Assembly: GCA_942492995.1 (NCBI GenBank)
Contig: OW818653.1
Location: forward strand, 540,001 to 572,000
From: an uncultured Erysipelotrichaceae bacterium
GTDB lineage: Bacteria; Bacillota_I; Bacilli_A; Erysipelotrichales; Erysipelotrichaceae
Length of the DNA: 32,000 bases
Direction: 5' to 3'
Each line of letters starts with the position of its first letter. Within the stretch, counting starts at the first letter, position 1. The notes below the pieces were generated by a model. It was not told where the DNA came from. It searched no databases and saw nothing but the letters and a program-made list of their open reading frames with translations. Of this stretch, positions 15,512 to 24,143 are shown in pieces. A program made the position numbers and the translations under genes.

Positions 15512-17188
15512 ATGAAAAAATCATCCATTCATTCAGTTGTATATCAAATATGGCCAAGGTCTTTTAATGATTCAAATGATGATGGTATAGGAGATATTCG
15601 CGGTATTATTCTGAAGCTTGATTACTTAAAAATGTTAGGTGTTAATCAACTTTGGATTTCACCTGTGTTTGTATCTCCGAATAAAGATTATGGTTATGAT
15701 ATACAAGATTATTATAACATACAGCCTGAATTTGGTACGATGCAGGATATGTTGGAATTGATTGAAGAATCAAATAAACGAGGAATTTCTTTAATCATGG
15801 ATTTAGTTGCCAATCATACATCTGATCAACATCCATGGTTTCAAGAAGCAATTAATAATAAGAACTCTAAGTATCGTGATTACTACTTTTTCCGTGAAGG
15901 GAAGAATCAAAAAGAACCTAATAATTGGATTAGTTTATTTGGTGGTTCTGCTTGGACTAAAGTAGATAACGAAGATAATATGTATTACCTTAGTTTGTTT
16001 ACACCTCAACAGACCGATTTAAATTGGGAGAACGCTGAAGTTCGTAATGAAATACAGAATATATTAAGATTTTGGTTAGATAAGGGAATATCAGGATTTA
16101 GAATGGATGTAATAAATATTATAAGTAAAAAAGAGGGATTACCAGATAAAAATCCGCATAAGAAGGGATATCAATTTGCGGATTATTACATTGTTTCGAG
16201 AGAAAAGTCACATACGTATATCAATGAATTATATGAAAACTTGTTGAAAGAATATCCTGGTTTATTTATTGGGGAAGGATTACTTATCAATCCTGAACAA
16301 GCTAAACTTTATAGTGGTGAAACGACTAAAGAATTGGATTTAATGTTTCATTTTGATACTGTCTTAATTGGATGTGGACCTTTAGGTAAATATGATTTCA
16401 GGAAATTATATCGATGGACGATTCTAGAGTTTAAACAAATCTTTTTCAAATGGCAAATGTCATCCGATAAGGATAAATTTTATTTAGGTAATTTTTTATC
16501 AAATCATGATAATGGAAGAGCTGTTTCTCGTTTTGGGAATGATACAACGTATCATGTTGAAAGCGCAAAAGCTCTATTAACATTAATGTTTACAAGTCGA
16601 GGGACACCTTTCATTTACCAAGGCGAAGAAATCGGCATGACAAATATGAAACTTGAAATGGAAGATTGGAAAGATTTTGAAGCGATTAATGATTATGAAG
16701 TACTTCAAACAATGATGCATTTACCTAAATCAATTTCAAAACGAGTTATTCAAGCTATGACACGTGATCAAGCACGTACTCCAATGCAATGGGCTAATTC
16801 TGAGAATGCTGGATTTTCCAGTGTAAAACCATGGATGGTTGTAAATCCTAATTACACAACGATAAATGTAGATGATCAATTAAATGATACAAATTCTATC
16901 TTACATTACACAAAGGAATGTATTGATTTGTATAAAAGTGATGAATGCTTTGCGTTTGGTCATATTGAACCATTCTTAATAAAGCATACAGAGCTAGTTG
17001 GATATCGTAGATATAATGATAATAATGAATACTTAATTTTAGTAAATTTATCAAATAAGTTTATAAACTTTAAATTAGAATCGAAATATTGGCATGCAAA
17101 ACCCATGATGTATAATGTTAGTTTAATTATGTTACAAGAAAAAATGGTATTTAGACCTTATGAAGCTATTGTGCTTAAGGTCAAATAA
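15512..17188 (+). CDS. GH13 alpha-glucosidase (oligo-1,6-glucosidase / trehalose-6-phosphate hydrolase subfamily; specificity not resolvable)
   Basis: VVYQIWPRSF, GDIRGI..KLDYLK.LGVN.LWISPV, DLVANHTS, nucleophile region GFRMDVINI, acid/base GE in FIGEGL, FLSNHDNGR, and YQGEEIGM. Confidence 0.88.
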   Translation: MKKSSIHSVVYQIWPRSFNDSNDDGIGDIRGIILKLDYLKMLGVNQLWISPVFVSPNKDYGYDIQDYYNIQPEFGTMQDMLELIEESNKRGISLIMDLVANHTSDQHPWFQEAINNKNSKYRDYYFFREGKNQKEPNNWISLFGGSAWTKVDNEDNMYYLSLFTPQQTDLNWENAEVRNEIQNILRFWLDKGISGFRMDVINIISKKEGLPDKNPHKKGYQFADYYIVSREKSHTYINELYENLLKEYPGLFIGEGLLINPEQAKLYSGETTKELDLMFHFDTVLIGCGPLGKYDFRKLYRWTILEFKQIFFKWQMSSDKDKFYLGNFLSNHDNGRAVSRFGNDTTYHVESAKALLTLMFTSRGTPFIYQGEEIGMTNMKLEMEDWKDFEAINDYEVLQTMMHLPKSISKRVIQAMTRDQARTPMQWANSENAGFSSVKPWMVVNPNYTTINVDDQLNDTNSILHYTKECIDLYKSDECFAFGHIEPFLIKHTELVGYRRYNDNNEYLILVNLSNKFINFKLESKYWHAKPMMYNVSLIMLQEKMVFRPYEAIVLKVK

Positions 17189-17237
17189 GTAGACTTTGCG
17201 GATTTAATCGTTAAGATTAAATTAAAGGAGATATACG

Positions 17238-17696
17238 ATGTTAAATATAAAAGATAAAGCACCAGATTTTGAACTAAAAAACCAAAAAGGTGAAGTAAGA
17301 AGATTAAGTGATTATAAAGGTCAATATGTTGTGTTGTATTTTTATCCAAAAGATAATACACCTGGATGTACAACTCAAGCTTGTACATATCGTGATGCGA
17401 TGCCAACATATACTAAAAATAATATAAAGGTATTTGGTATTAGTAAAGATGACTTAGATTCGCATAAAAAGTTTGAAGCAGATTTTGATTTAAATTTTGA
17501 ACTATTAAGTGATGAATCAAAAGAAGTAATTATGGCATATGATGTTTGGAAAGAAAAAAATATGTATGGCAAAATGACGATGGGTGTTGAACGAACAACA
17601 TTTGTTGTGAATCCTGAAGGTGAAATTGCACAAATATTTAGAAAAGTAGATCCAAAGCTTGATAGTGAAGTTGTATTAAAATCAATTCTAGGTTAA
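17238..17696 (+). CDS. bcp: thioredoxin-dependent thiol peroxidase (Bcp/PrxQ peroxiredoxin)
   Basis: APDFEL.NQ.GE, VVLYFYPKDNTPGCTTQAC with peroxidatic and resolving Cys five residues apart, and GISKD. AAAGGAG RBS. Confidence 0.88.
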   Translation: MLNIKDKAPDFELKNQKGEVRRLSDYKGQYVVLYFYPKDNTPGCTTQACTYRDAMPTYTKNNIKVFGISKDDLDSHKKFEADFDLNFELLSDESKEVIMAYDVWKEKNMYGKMTMGVERTTFVVNPEGEIAQIFRKVDPKLDSEVVLKSILG

Positions 17697-17701
17697 TGAA
17701 G

Positions 17702-17728
17702 TGCTGGGTAAATACTCAGCATTTTTTT
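17702..17728 (+). terminator. intrinsic terminator after bcp
   Basis: TGCTGGG (17702-17708) pairs with CTCAGCA (17715-17721), including one G-U pair, across a 6-nt loop. Seven T residues follow (17722-17728). Confidence 0.7.
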
Positions 17729-17791
17729 GTTTGCTCTATGAATTAGAGCCTAGCTTTAGTATAATAATCGTTAGAGGAATGGAGGATTTCC

Positions 17792-20722
17792 ATGTTTTTA
17801 AAACGTATTGAAATACAAGGGTTTAAATCCTTCGCAGATAGAGTCAATATCATTTTTGACCATTCAGTAACAGGGGTAGTTGGTCCAAATGGATGTGGGA
17901 AGAGTAATATTGTAGATGCGATTCGTTGGGTTCTGGGGGAACAATCCGTAAAATCATTACGTGGATCCGCCATGACAGATGTAATTTTTACAGGTAGCGA
18001 GCTTAGAAGAAGTGTGAATTTCGCAGAAGTTACACTTGTTTTTGATAATAGTGACCGATCTTTTGACCTTGCTTTTGATGAAGTTGAAATAACTCGCCGT
18101 TTACATCGCGAGAATTCAGAAGCTGAATATCTAATCAATAAAACGCCTTGTCGATTGAAGGATATTTTAAGTTTAACGATGGACAGTGGAATAGGTAGAG
18201 ATTCGTTAAGTCTTATTTCACAAGGAACAATAACCAGTTTCTCTGAAGCCAAACCAATTGATCGAAGAGGGATTTTCGAAGAAGCTGCTGGAGTTGCAAA
18301 GTATCGCAAGCGTAAAGATGAAGCTGTAAATAAACTTGAGAAAACTCAAGTCAATTTAGAACGCATAAATGATATATATCTTGAATTACAAAAACAAGTA
18401 TATCCATTAAAGAAAGCTGCTCAAAAAGCTAAAATATACCAAGAGAAGAAAGCGCGATTAGAACAAATCGAAATTGCAGTACTTAGCGATCAAATTACAC
18501 AGTTAAAATCAGAGTGTGAGAATGCTGAAAATGAGTTAAGTGAATTACATGCTAAAGAAGCACTTTTGGAAGCATCGATTCAAGTACACGAAAATAACAA
18601 TATGTTGGCTAAATCAGAGTTACATCAACTCGATTTACAAATTCATACATTACAAGAAGATTTGATTAAAATAGTTAATGAAATTCAAACATTAGAAACA
18701 CGTAAGATTGAAATTGATGAAAAGCGTAAATATACATTAGAAATTGGTAATCAAGAAGAAAAGACTAATCAACTATTATTATTACTTGAAGAAGCGAAGC
18801 GTGAATATGAAGATCGTGATCAACGATTACATCAATTAACGCTAGATATTCAAAATCTTACTTCACGTACGGTTGAAATTAATCGCAAACTGATTGATCA
18901 AAATACGAAATGTGAAGAATCTAATAGTAAATTAAATCGTGCTTCTAATCGATTGGAAGTTGCGAAGAATCTTGAATCAAGACCGTATATGAATCAAATG
19001 GGTGTTCAAGCAATTATGAATGCTCAACAAAGTCTTATGGGTGTACATGGTGTAATATCGAAACTATTAATTCCGCATGTCGGTTATGAAGAAGCAATCG
19101 GAGTTGCGTTGGGTGGCGCTTTATATCACATTGTGACTAAAGATGAAGAGTCAGCTCGTAATGCGATTAACTTCTTAAAACGAAATGAATCAGGTCGTGC
19201 AACATTCTTACCTATGACAGTATTATTTAATCGTTTTATTAGTCGTGAACATGAAATTGTTTGTGATAATACTAAAGGTTTTTTAGGTACTGCAAATGAA
19301 TTTGTTAACTGTGACAATCGATTTGAAACCGTAAAGAGTTCACTTTTAGCGAATGTAATTGTATGTGATACATTGGAAAATGGTAACACATTAGCAAAAC
19401 TCTTAAATTACCAGTATAAGATCGTTAGTTTAGAAGGTGATGTTATTCATAGAGGTGGTTCGATGACTGGTGGTCGTCAAAAAGATAATCATTCACCTTT
19501 ATCCATCACAAAAGAAATTAATGAATTAAAACTTAAAATTGAAGAATATCAAAATGAACTAAAATTAAATCAAGATGGTTTGTTTGATTTAAATAGTAAG
19601 AAAACAGATTTAGATAGTGATTTACTTGAAAAACGAATAGCGGCTGCTCAACTTGAACCAGTACTTGATGCGAAACGTGCTAAATATGAACGTTTAAAAG
19701 ATGATTTAGATCAAATTGCTCCTAATCTTCAACAGGAATCACAAAGTTTTGAAGAAGATTTAATCGATCTTTTGAATAAAGCATACTTTAAACGCGATGA
19801 ATACACTGGTCAATTGAAGAGTAAGCGTGAATTACGTATGAAAAATGCTCAAGAATCAGAGCGTAGAGAGTTACAGATTCGACAACAACGTCGTGATTTA
19901 AATGCACTACAAATCGTTAAACGTGATATTGAGATTCAATCAACGCGTCAATTAACGAACATTGAAAACTTAATGAACCGACTAAGTCATGATTATCAAA
20001 TGACGTATGAATTTAGTTTAACCATTGAAAAGGTTGAAGGTGTAGAAAACGCTGTCGAAGAAGTTAATCGTTTAAGAGCAGATATTGACTCTTTAGGAAA
20101 CATCAATATGACTGCACCTCAAGAGTACGAATCGGTTAATGAACGTTACGAATTACTTAAGAAACAATATGATGAGATTAACGAAAGTAAAGATAAGATT
20201 CTTAACTTGATTCTTGAGTTGGATACGATTATGGTAGATCAATTCAAAGATATGTTGGATAAGATTAATGCGGAACTTCCTGAAGTTATACAAGCTATGT
20301 TTGGTGGCGGGAAAGCGTATTTAGCGTTGGAAAATCCTGAGGATTTATTGAACTCTGGAATTGAAATTCATGTACAACCACCAGGCAAATCAATTAAAAA
20401 TATGCGATTATTCTCAGGTGGTGAGAAGAGCTTAATTGCGATAAGTGTTCTTTTTGCGATTCTTAAGGCAAGACATGTTCCACTTTGTGTATTTGATGAA
20501 GTAGAAGCTGCTTTAGACCAAGCAAATGTAGAAAGATTCTCTACTTATCTAAAGAAATTCTCAAGTACAACGCAGTTTATTGTGTTAACACATAGACCTG
20601 GTACGATGGCACAATGTGATGTTCTATTTGGAGTCACCATGGGCAAGAGTGGTGTATCACAAATGTTGAAAGTGAGACTCGCTGATGCGATGATGATGGC
20701 AGAGGAAGGAGTAGAAGCATGA
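17792..20722 (+). CDS. smc: chromosome partition protein Smc (976 aa, short coiled-coil arms)
   Basis: N-terminal FLKRIEIQGFKSFA and Walker A GPNGCGKSN. Hinge around GVHGVISKLL...GRATFLP. Signature motif LFSGGEKSL and Walker B LCVFDEVEAALD. GGAGGA RBS. Confidence 0.95.
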   Translation: MFLKRIEIQGFKSFADRVNIIFDHSVTGVVGPNGCGKSNIVDAIRWVLGEQSVKSLRGSAMTDVIFTGSELRRSVNFAEVTLVFDNSDRSFDLAFDEVEITRRLHRENSEAEYLINKTPCRLKDILSLTMDSGIGRDSLSLISQGTITSFSEAKPIDRRGIFEEAAGVAKYRKRKDEAVNKLEKTQVNLERINDIYLELQKQVYPLKKAAQKAKIYQEKKARLEQIEIAVLSDQITQLKSECENAENELSELHAKEALLEASIQVHENNNMLAKSELHQLDLQIHTLQEDLIKIVNEIQTLETRKIEIDEKRKYTLEIGNQEEKTNQLLLLLEEAKREYEDRDQRLHQLTLDIQNLTSRTVEINRKLIDQNTKCEESNSKLNRASNRLEVAKNLESRPYMNQMGVQAIMNAQQSLMGVHGVISKLLIPHVGYEEAIGVALGGALYHIVTKDEESARNAINFLKRNESGRATFLPMTVLFNRFISREHEIVCDNTKGFLGTANEFVNCDNRFETVKSSLLANVIVCDTLENGNTLAKLLNYQYKIVSLEGDVIHRGGSMTGGRQKDNHSPLSITKEINELKLKIEEYQNELKLNQDGLFDLNSKKTDLDSDLLEKRIAAAQLEPVLDAKRAKYERLKDDLDQIAPNLQQESQSFEEDLIDLLNKAYFKRDEYTGQLKSKRELRMKNAQESERRELQIRQQRRDLNALQIVKRDIEIQSTRQLTNIENLMNRLSHDYQMTYEFSLTIEKVEGVENAVEEVNRLRADIDSLGNINMTAPQEYESVNERYELLKKQYDEINESKDKILNLILELDTIMVDQFKDMLDKINAELPEVIQAMFGGGKAYLALENPEDLLNSGIEIHVQPPGKSIKNMRLFSGGEKSLIAISVLFAILKARHVPLCVFDEVEAALDQANVERFSTYLKKFSSTTQFIVLTHRPGTMAQCDVLFGVTMGKSGVSQMLKVRLADAMMMAEEGVEA

Positions 20723-21666
20723 GTTTGTTCCAAAAAATAAAAGATCATTTTAATAAAAAAAATCAGAATGCATATTTTGAAGGATTTAAGAAAACAGATG
20801 AGAAGTTTGGGGATGGTTTGAGAAAACTTCTTAATCTTAATAAAGGGTTAGATGATGCGTTCTATAAAGATTTGATGCAGGTATTAATTGAAAGTGATGT
20901 TGGGTTAGAAGCGTCACAGAATCTATTGAATCGATTGAAGAAAGAAGTTAAACAAAAATCTATCACAACTTCTGAAGATGCGATTGATCAATTGGGATCT
21001 GATATTCTAGAAGTATTAAATGACTATAATATAGTACTTGAAGATAAATTAAATATTATTTTAATGGTTGGTGTAAATGGAAGTGGAAAAACAACGAGTA
21101 GTGCTAAACTAGCGCATTTCTATCAATCACAAGGTAAAAAAGTAATGCTTGTGGCGGCGGATACATTTAGAGCTGCAGCTGTTAAACAATTACAAACGTG
21201 GTCGCAAAGAATCGATGTTCCTTGTTATGCAGGTAAAGAAAACCAAGATCCTGCATCTGTAGTAGTGGATGCATGTCGTAAGGCAATCGATGATTCTGTG
21301 GATGTACTTATTATTGATACTGCAGGGCGTCTTCAAAACAAAGTGAATTTAATGCAAGAATTACAAAAAATTCATCGCGTTATCGAAAAGACAGTTGGCT
21401 ATTCAGCACAACACAGTTTCTTAGTTCTTGATGCTAGTACAGGTCAGAATGCTTTAAGCCAAGCAAGTTCATTTTTAGAAAGTTCTAACATTAATGCGAT
21501 TATTTGTACAAAAATGGATGGTACCGCAAAAGGTGGAGTTATTATTGCCTTAGCATTAACCTTAAATCTACCTGTTGCGTTTGTTGGGCTAGGTGAGGGT
21601 ATAAATGATTTGAAAGAGTTTGATAAAGAAGCCTATTTGGCTTCAATCACTCAAGGCTTACAATAA
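20719..21666 (+). CDS. ftsY: signal recognition particle receptor FtsY
   Basis: SRP GTPase motifs GVNGSGKTTS, DTAGR and TKMDGTAKGG, plus GLGEGINDL. ATGA overlap with smc. Confidence 0.93.
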   Translation: MSLFQKIKDHFNKKNQNAYFEGFKKTDEKFGDGLRKLLNLNKGLDDAFYKDLMQVLIESDVGLEASQNLLNRLKKEVKQKSITTSEDAIDQLGSDILEVLNDYNIVLEDKLNIILMVGVNGSGKTTSSAKLAHFYQSQGKKVMLVAADTFRAAAVKQLQTWSQRIDVPCYAGKENQDPASVVVDACRKAIDDSVDVLIIDTAGRLQNKVNLMQELQKIHRVIEKTVGYSAQHSFLVLDASTGQNALSQASSFLESSNINAIICTKMDGTAKGGVIIALALTLNLPVAFVGLGEGINDLKEFDKEAYLASITQGLQ

Positions 21667-21980
21667 TGTTAAATAAAAGTGAACATTATAATAATCTGTT
21701 AGATTTTTATGAATCACTATTAACAGATAAACAAAAGCGTGTTGCACATATGCACTTTAGAGAAGATTATTCATTATCTGAAATTGCGGAACATACATTA
21801 AGCAGTCGCAGTGCTGTACATGATAGCTTACAAAGAGTAGAATCAATATTGGATTCATTTGAAAAAGAATTAAAGTGTCACCAACATTTTATTGAACGTC
21901 AAGAATTATATACAAAACTTAAGTTATTAAACATTGAGACGGTTAATGAGATAGTGGATGCCTTAATAAAAATCGATTAA
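21666..21980 (+). CDS. ylxM: YlxM/UPF0122 family putative helix-turn-helix protein
   Basis: About 100 aa with LLDFYESLLTDKQK and YSLSEIAE....SRSAVHDSLQR (sigma-70 region-4-like HTH). It sits directly after ftsY with a TAATG overlap, the usual context for ylxM. Confidence 0.75.
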   Translation: MLNKSEHYNNLLDFYESLLTDKQKRVAHMHFREDYSLSEIAEHTLSSRSAVHDSLQRVESILDSFEKELKCHQHFIERQELYTKLKLLNIETVNEIVDALIKID

Positions 21981-21997
21981 GATAAAAGGAGAAAAAA

Positions 21998-23194
21998 ATG
22001 AGTAAGATTATGGCAGTTAATGCAGGAAGTTCATCACTAAAATTTCAATTATTTGAAATGCCAAGTGAAGAAGTTCTTACAAGTGGAGTTGTAGAAAGAA
22101 TAGGGTTTAAGGATGGTATATTCACAGTTAAAGTAAATGGTGAAAAGCATACTACGACTCAAGCAATCATTGATCATAAAGTAGCGGTTGAATTAGTACT
22201 AGAATCTTTGATTAAGTATAATGTTGTATCAAGTCTTGATGAAATTGTTGGAGTTGGTCATCGTGTTGTACATGGTGGTGAACTATATGCAAAATCAATT
22301 GAAATCGACCCAACTGTTGAATCTGCAGTTATTGAACTTGCGGAGTTAGCACCTTTACACAATCCTGCGAATATGGTTGGTTATCGTGCATTTAAGAAAT
22401 CATTACCTCATGCGCGACACGTTGCTGTGTTTGATACTGCTTTCCATCAAACAATGACAGATGATATTTATCTATATCCAATTCCTTACGAATATTACCA
22501 TGATTATAAGATTCGTCGTTATGGGTTCCATGGAACATCACATTTCTTCGTCTCAAACCGTGTTGCGGAATTGATGGGAAAAGATAGTAAATCAATTAAT
22601 GTAATTACTTGTCACTTAGGAAATGGTGCTTCTTTATCCGCAATTCAAGGTGGTGTTTCTGTTAATACCTCAATGGGATTTACTCCTCTTGCAGGGATTA
22701 TGATGGGCACACGTTCTGGGGATATTGATCCAGCGATTATTACCTATATCATGCGTAAAACACATAAGACAGCTGAAGAAGTAATTGATGTGTTAAATAA
22801 GAAATCCGGTATGTTGGGTGTAAGTGGTTTATCCAGTGATGCGCGCGATATTGAAAATGCGATTCATGAAGGAAATACTCGTGCAGTATTAACACGTAAG
22901 ATTTATGCTAATCGTGTTGCTCAAACAATTGGTAGTTACTTAGTTCAATTAGGCCATGTGGATGCTGTTGTATTTACTGGTGGATTAGGTGAAAATGACG
23001 TTGCTGCTCGTGCAAGTGTTCTTGAACTTATTGAAGAAGCTATGGGAATTAAACTTGATTATGAACTAAATAATAAGACACGTGGTAAAGAAGTTTGCCT
23101 AAGTACTGCTGATTCAAAAGTTCAAGTATGGGTTGTTCCAACAAACGAAGAATTAGTTATCGCTCAAGATACAGTAAATATTATAGGTTTATAG
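21998..23194 (+). CDS. ackA: acetate kinase
   Basis: ILAVNAGSSSLKFQL-type N-terminus (IMAVNAGSSSLKFQLF), then GHRVVHGG, LAPLHNPAN, FDTAFHQTM, RYGFHGTSH, HLGNGAS, and TNEE near the C-terminus. Confidence 0.95.
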   Translation: MSKIMAVNAGSSSLKFQLFEMPSEEVLTSGVVERIGFKDGIFTVKVNGEKHTTTQAIIDHKVAVELVLESLIKYNVVSSLDEIVGVGHRVVHGGELYAKSIEIDPTVESAVIELAELAPLHNPANMVGYRAFKKSLPHARHVAVFDTAFHQTMTDDIYLYPIPYEYYHDYKIRRYGFHGTSHFFVSNRVAELMGKDSKSINVITCHLGNGASLSAIQGGVSVNTSMGFTPLAGIMMGTRSGDIDPAIITYIMRKTHKTAEEVIDVLNKKSGMLGVSGLSSDARDIENAIHEGNTRAVLTRKIYANRVAQTIGSYLVQLGHVDAVVFTGGLGENDVAARASVLELIEEAMGIKLDYELNNKTRGKEVCLSTADSKVQVWVVPTNEELVIAQDTVNIIGL

Positions 23195-23195
23195 A

Positions 23196-24143
23196 ATGAA
23201 AATAATTCTAGACAAGATTGAGAAATCTGAAATCATATGTGTGTTTCGACATCAATCTCCTGATCCTGATGCGTTAGGATCCCAGTTTGGACTTGTTAGT
23301 TGGATAAAAGAAACGTATCCAACAAAACAGGTTTTCGCTATGGGTTGGCATCGAGGTCAATCAGCAGATCTTTTTGGTGAATATGAAACTGTAAGTGATG
23401 AAATCGTAAAATTAAGTCTAGCAATTATTCTAGATACTGCTAATAAAGCAAGAATAGATGATGATCGATTTGAAATGGCAAGAGATTCTACTAAACTTGA
23501 TCATCATCCATTTACTGATCAATATGCTCATTATGAATACATTGATGATACAGCCGCAAGTACATCTGAATTAGTCTGTCAGTTAATTCGTACTAAATCT
23601 GAACAAACACTGAGTACACAGACCGCAACCTATTTGTATATGGGAATACTTACGGATACTCTTAGATTTTCTACACAATCTACGAGTGCAAGTACTCTAC
23701 ACAATGCGGCGTTCTTAGTTAATAGTCATTTAAACTTGAATAAAATCAATGATGATTTGTTTGGAATGGAACCTAATGAGTTTTTATTTTCAAACTACAT
23801 TCGTCATCATGCGGTTATTGAAGACAATGGATTAGTTTATATTAAGCTAGACCGAGTAACATTAAAAAAATTAAATGTAACAGCAGGTCAAGCAAAAGAA
23901 AAAGTAAATGAATTAGGCTTAGTTAGATCTTTTAAAATATGGGCACTCTTTATCGAACAAGAAGAAGATGGTTCCGTACACTATAATGGAAGTATTCGTT
24001 CACGTAATTTAACTGTAAACGATATTGCGAAACATTATAATGGAGGGGGTCATCGATTAGCAGCAGCTGTTAAGAAACTTGATGAAGTAACACTTGATGC
24101 TTGTATTAATGATCTTAGACTAAGAATCAAAGGAGAATTATGA
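23196..24143 (+). CDS. nrnA: DHH/DHHA1 phosphoesterase, NrnA-like (oligoribonuclease / pAp phosphatase)
   Basis: RHQSPDPDALGS, DTAN, LDHH (DHH motif), and the DHHA1 GGGH motif (YNGGGHRLAAA). About 315 aa, as for NrnA. Confidence 0.8.
   Translation: MKIILDKIEKSEIICVFRHQSPDPDALGSQFGLVSWIKETYPTKQVFAMGWHRGQSADLFGEYETVSDEIVKLSLAIILDTANKARIDDDRFEMARDSTKLDHHPFTDQYAHYEYIDDTAASTSELVCQLIRTKSEQTLSTQTATYLYMGILTDTLRFSTQSTSASTLHNAAFLVNSHLNLNKINDDLFGMEPNEFLFSNYIRHHAVIEDNGLVYIKLDRVTLKKLNVTAGQAKEKVNELGLVRSFKIWALFIEQEEDGSVHYNGSIRSRNLTVNDIAKHYNGGGHRLAAAVKKLDEVTLDACINDLRLRIKGEL

Noticed and set aside
15512-17188. GH13 glucosidase considered as part of a sugar-utilisation island
   Set aside because: No transporter, PTS component or regulator is adjacent; the flanking genes are yggS and bcp. 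It is a single housekeeping-type glycosidase gene, and I see no compositional break by eye.
17189-17237. Inverted repeat ATTTAATC...GATTAAAT after the GH13 gene, considered as a terminator
   Set aside because: The stem is almost all A-T with no following T-run, and it runs into the bcp RBS. This is insufficient to call an intrinsic terminator.
17743-18309. 188-aa reverse-strand ORF spanning the smc promoter region and antisense to the SMC head domain
   Set aside because: It is entirely antisense to the best-supported part of smc (Walker A region). It has no RBS, and its Ser/Leu/Arg-rich composition is typical of the mirror frame of a conserved gene. Long antisense ORFs of this kind are common artefacts.
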